Below, piece by piece: positions 62,333 to 64,000 of a stretch of DNA of 64,000 bases; the stretch's first letter is position 1; every line of letters starts with the position of its first letter. Where the stretch lies: NCBI GenBank assembly GCA_036918135.1, contig JBALDB010000048.1:32001-96000 (forward strand). Direction: 5' to 3'. The position numbers and the translations under genes were made by a program. This DNA is from Nostoc sp. GTDB lineage: Bacteria > Cyanobacteriota > Cyanobacteriia > Cyanobacteriales > Nostocaceae. Below the pieces are notes generated by a model. That model was given only the letters and a program-made list of their open reading frames with translations, had not been told where the DNA came from and did no database searches.

Positions 62333-63217
62333 ATGAGCCAGATTTTGCAATATCCACTCCACAATGTTTTAGAAGCCCGTGCCCGCTTGGGTGAAGGACC
62401 AATTTGGGATTCGACTAAAAAGCAACTTTATTGGATAGATACTTATAACCATAAAGTGCATCAATTCGACCCGCTAACAGGGAAAAATAGCTTTTTTGAT
62501 GTGGGAGATGTGGTAGGTGCGATCGCAACAGCTGGTACAGATAGATTAATTATCACACTGCGTCATCACCTGGCATTTCTCAACACCCAGACAGGTGAAG
62601 TTACCCCAATCTTAGAAATTGAAGATAACCCCCCAAATAATCGGCTCAACGATGGCAAATGTGACCCCCAAGGTCGCTTTTGGTTTGGCTCAATGTCTTC
62701 TATAGAAAAACCCCACGCTAGCCTCTATCGTTATGACGCTGACGGTTCGTTACATGTAATGGAAACAGGATTGACTATCTCTAATGGTTTGGGTTGGAGT
62801 CCCGATCGAAAGACATTTTACTTAGCTGATTCTCCTGACCAAAAAATATATGCTTATGACTTTGATTCAGTAACAGGCAATATTACTAACCGCCGAATTT
62901 TTGTTGATTTAACTCATGAATCTTTCCACCCAGATGGATTAACGGTAGATGCTCAAGGAAATATTTGGTCAGCTATGTGGAATGGATGGTGTGTGATTCG
63001 TTTCAATCCTAAAGGTGAAGAGATATTGCGGATTAATCTACCCGTTCCACTCGTAACCAGTTGTACCTTTGGTGGCGAAGATTTACAAACACTATACATC
63101 ACTACCGCTTCAGTTGAACTTAGCCAAGTCGAGATTGACAAAAGTTTCTACTCTGGTGATTTGTTTGCTTTAGAAACTGATGTTACCGGATTACCTAGTT
63201 ATGATTTTAGGAATTGA
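62333..63217 (+). CDS. SMP-30/gluconolactonase/LRE family protein
   Basis: LGEGPIWD, RLNDGKCD, ISNGLGWS and PDGLTVD. Confidence 0.92.
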   Translation: MSQILQYPLHNVLEARARLGEGPIWDSTKKQLYWIDTYNHKVHQFDPLTGKNSFFDVGDVVGAIATAGTDRLIITLRHHLAFLNTQTGEVTPILEIEDNPPNNRLNDGKCDPQGRFWFGSMSSIEKPHASLYRYDADGSLHVMETGLTISNGLGWSPDRKTFYLADSPDQKIYAYDFDSVTGNITNRRIFVDLTHESFHPDGLTVDAQGNIWSAMWNGWCVIRFNPKGEEILRINLPVPLVTSCTFGGEDLQTLYITTASVELSQVEIDKSFYSGDLFALETDVTGLPSYDFRN

Positions 63218-63348
63218 GGATTGGTAATTCAGATAGTGAGATTTAATTTGAACTTATTGATTAAATTCTCCTCTTCAGATGTTTGTGAATTTTAAAAACT
63301 ACCAAAAGTGATACAATATGGTATGTAACATCCTGCGAGATTACATGG

Positions 63349-64000
63349 ATGCTTATAGACATAGTTCTCCGTAAACGCTACAAAATCGTAGAGCAATTGG
63401 GAAGTGGTGGATTTGGCGACACCTATTTAGCTCAGGACTTAGATTTACCTAGCAATCCTAAATGTGTCGTAAAACACCTGAGACCTCAACACTTTAAGCC
63501 AGAAGTGTTGGCGATCGCTAGACGATTATTCGAGAGTGAAGCAGAAGTTTTATACCGCTTAGGTAAGTTTAGCAACCAAATACCTAAACTATTCGCTCAT
63601 TTTGAGGAAAATGGTGAATTTTATTTAGTACAAGAATTTGTAGACGGGCATGATTTAGGAGCAGAAATTATTCCTGGTCATCCATGGAATGAAGGCAAAG
63701 TTGTTCAACTATTGCAACAGATTTTAGAAGTTTTGTCTGTGGTTCATCAGCAGAATATTATCCATCGTGATATCAAACCTCAAAATTTAATGCGTCGTCT
63801 TGAGGATGGCAAAATTGTGCTAATTGACTTTGGAGCAGTTAAAGAAATTAAAGGTTTGGCAGCAAATTCTCAAGGTCAAGTTACTTCAACTATTGCTATT
63901 GGGTCTAATGGCTATATGCCAAATGAACAAGCTAGTTCTAGACCAAAACTATGTAGTGATATATATGCAGTGGGAGTGATTGGTATTCAAGCTTTGACAG
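63349..64000 (+). CDS. Ser/Thr protein kinase; runs off the window end
   Basis: Not in the ORF track. Hand translation: MLIDIVLRKRYKIVEQLGSGGFGDTY..CVVK..HRDIKPQN..DFGAVK..GYMPNEQ. Confidence 0.9.
   Translation, partial: MLIDIVLRKRYKIVEQLGSGGFGDTYLAQDLDLPSNPKCVVKHLRPQHFKPEVLAIARRLFESEAEVLYRLGKFSNQIPKLFAHFEENGEFYLVQEFVDGHDLGAEIIPGHPWNEGKVVQLLQQILEVLSVVHQQNIIHRDIKPQNLMRRLEDGKIVLIDFGAVKEIKGLAANSQGQVTSTIAIGSNGYMPNEQASSRPKLCSDIYAVGVIGIQALT

Overview
AT-rich chromosomal segment of a heterocyst-forming cyanobacterium (Nostoc-like, inferred from abundant HIP1 GCGATCGC octamers, heptamer STRR tracts and the gene set). The backbone is housekeeping: thiE/thiS, dusB, ald, an hli gene, coxBAC divergent from ctaA/ctaB, cobT, a Crp regulator, and a gmd/fcl/sugar-transferase surface-polysaccharide cluster. 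The most interesting accessory locus is a four-gene minus-strand cassette at 20413-24070: a signal-less peptidoglycan hydrolase with two predicted catalytic domains (TIM-barrel glycosidase, PG-binding, CHAP), a helical lipoprotein, and two paralogous small helical proteins, preceded by a GTCGGA triple direct repeat. It may be an undescribed lysis, secretion or pore-forming module. Other notable items: a TetR fused to an apparently catalytically dead tyrosine-recombinase domain, with two operator palindromes, facing a delta-9-type desaturase; a cydA/cydB deletion scar; an AraC plus TonB-receptor island inside the cox/cta divergon; a 21-nt element inserted precisely into a HIP1 site; and many pseudogenes (Rpn, hicA, hicB-like, kinase, Uma2, TonB receptor). 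No rRNA, tRNA or CRISPR array was recognised. All family assignments come from motif recognition by eye; no database searches were run.
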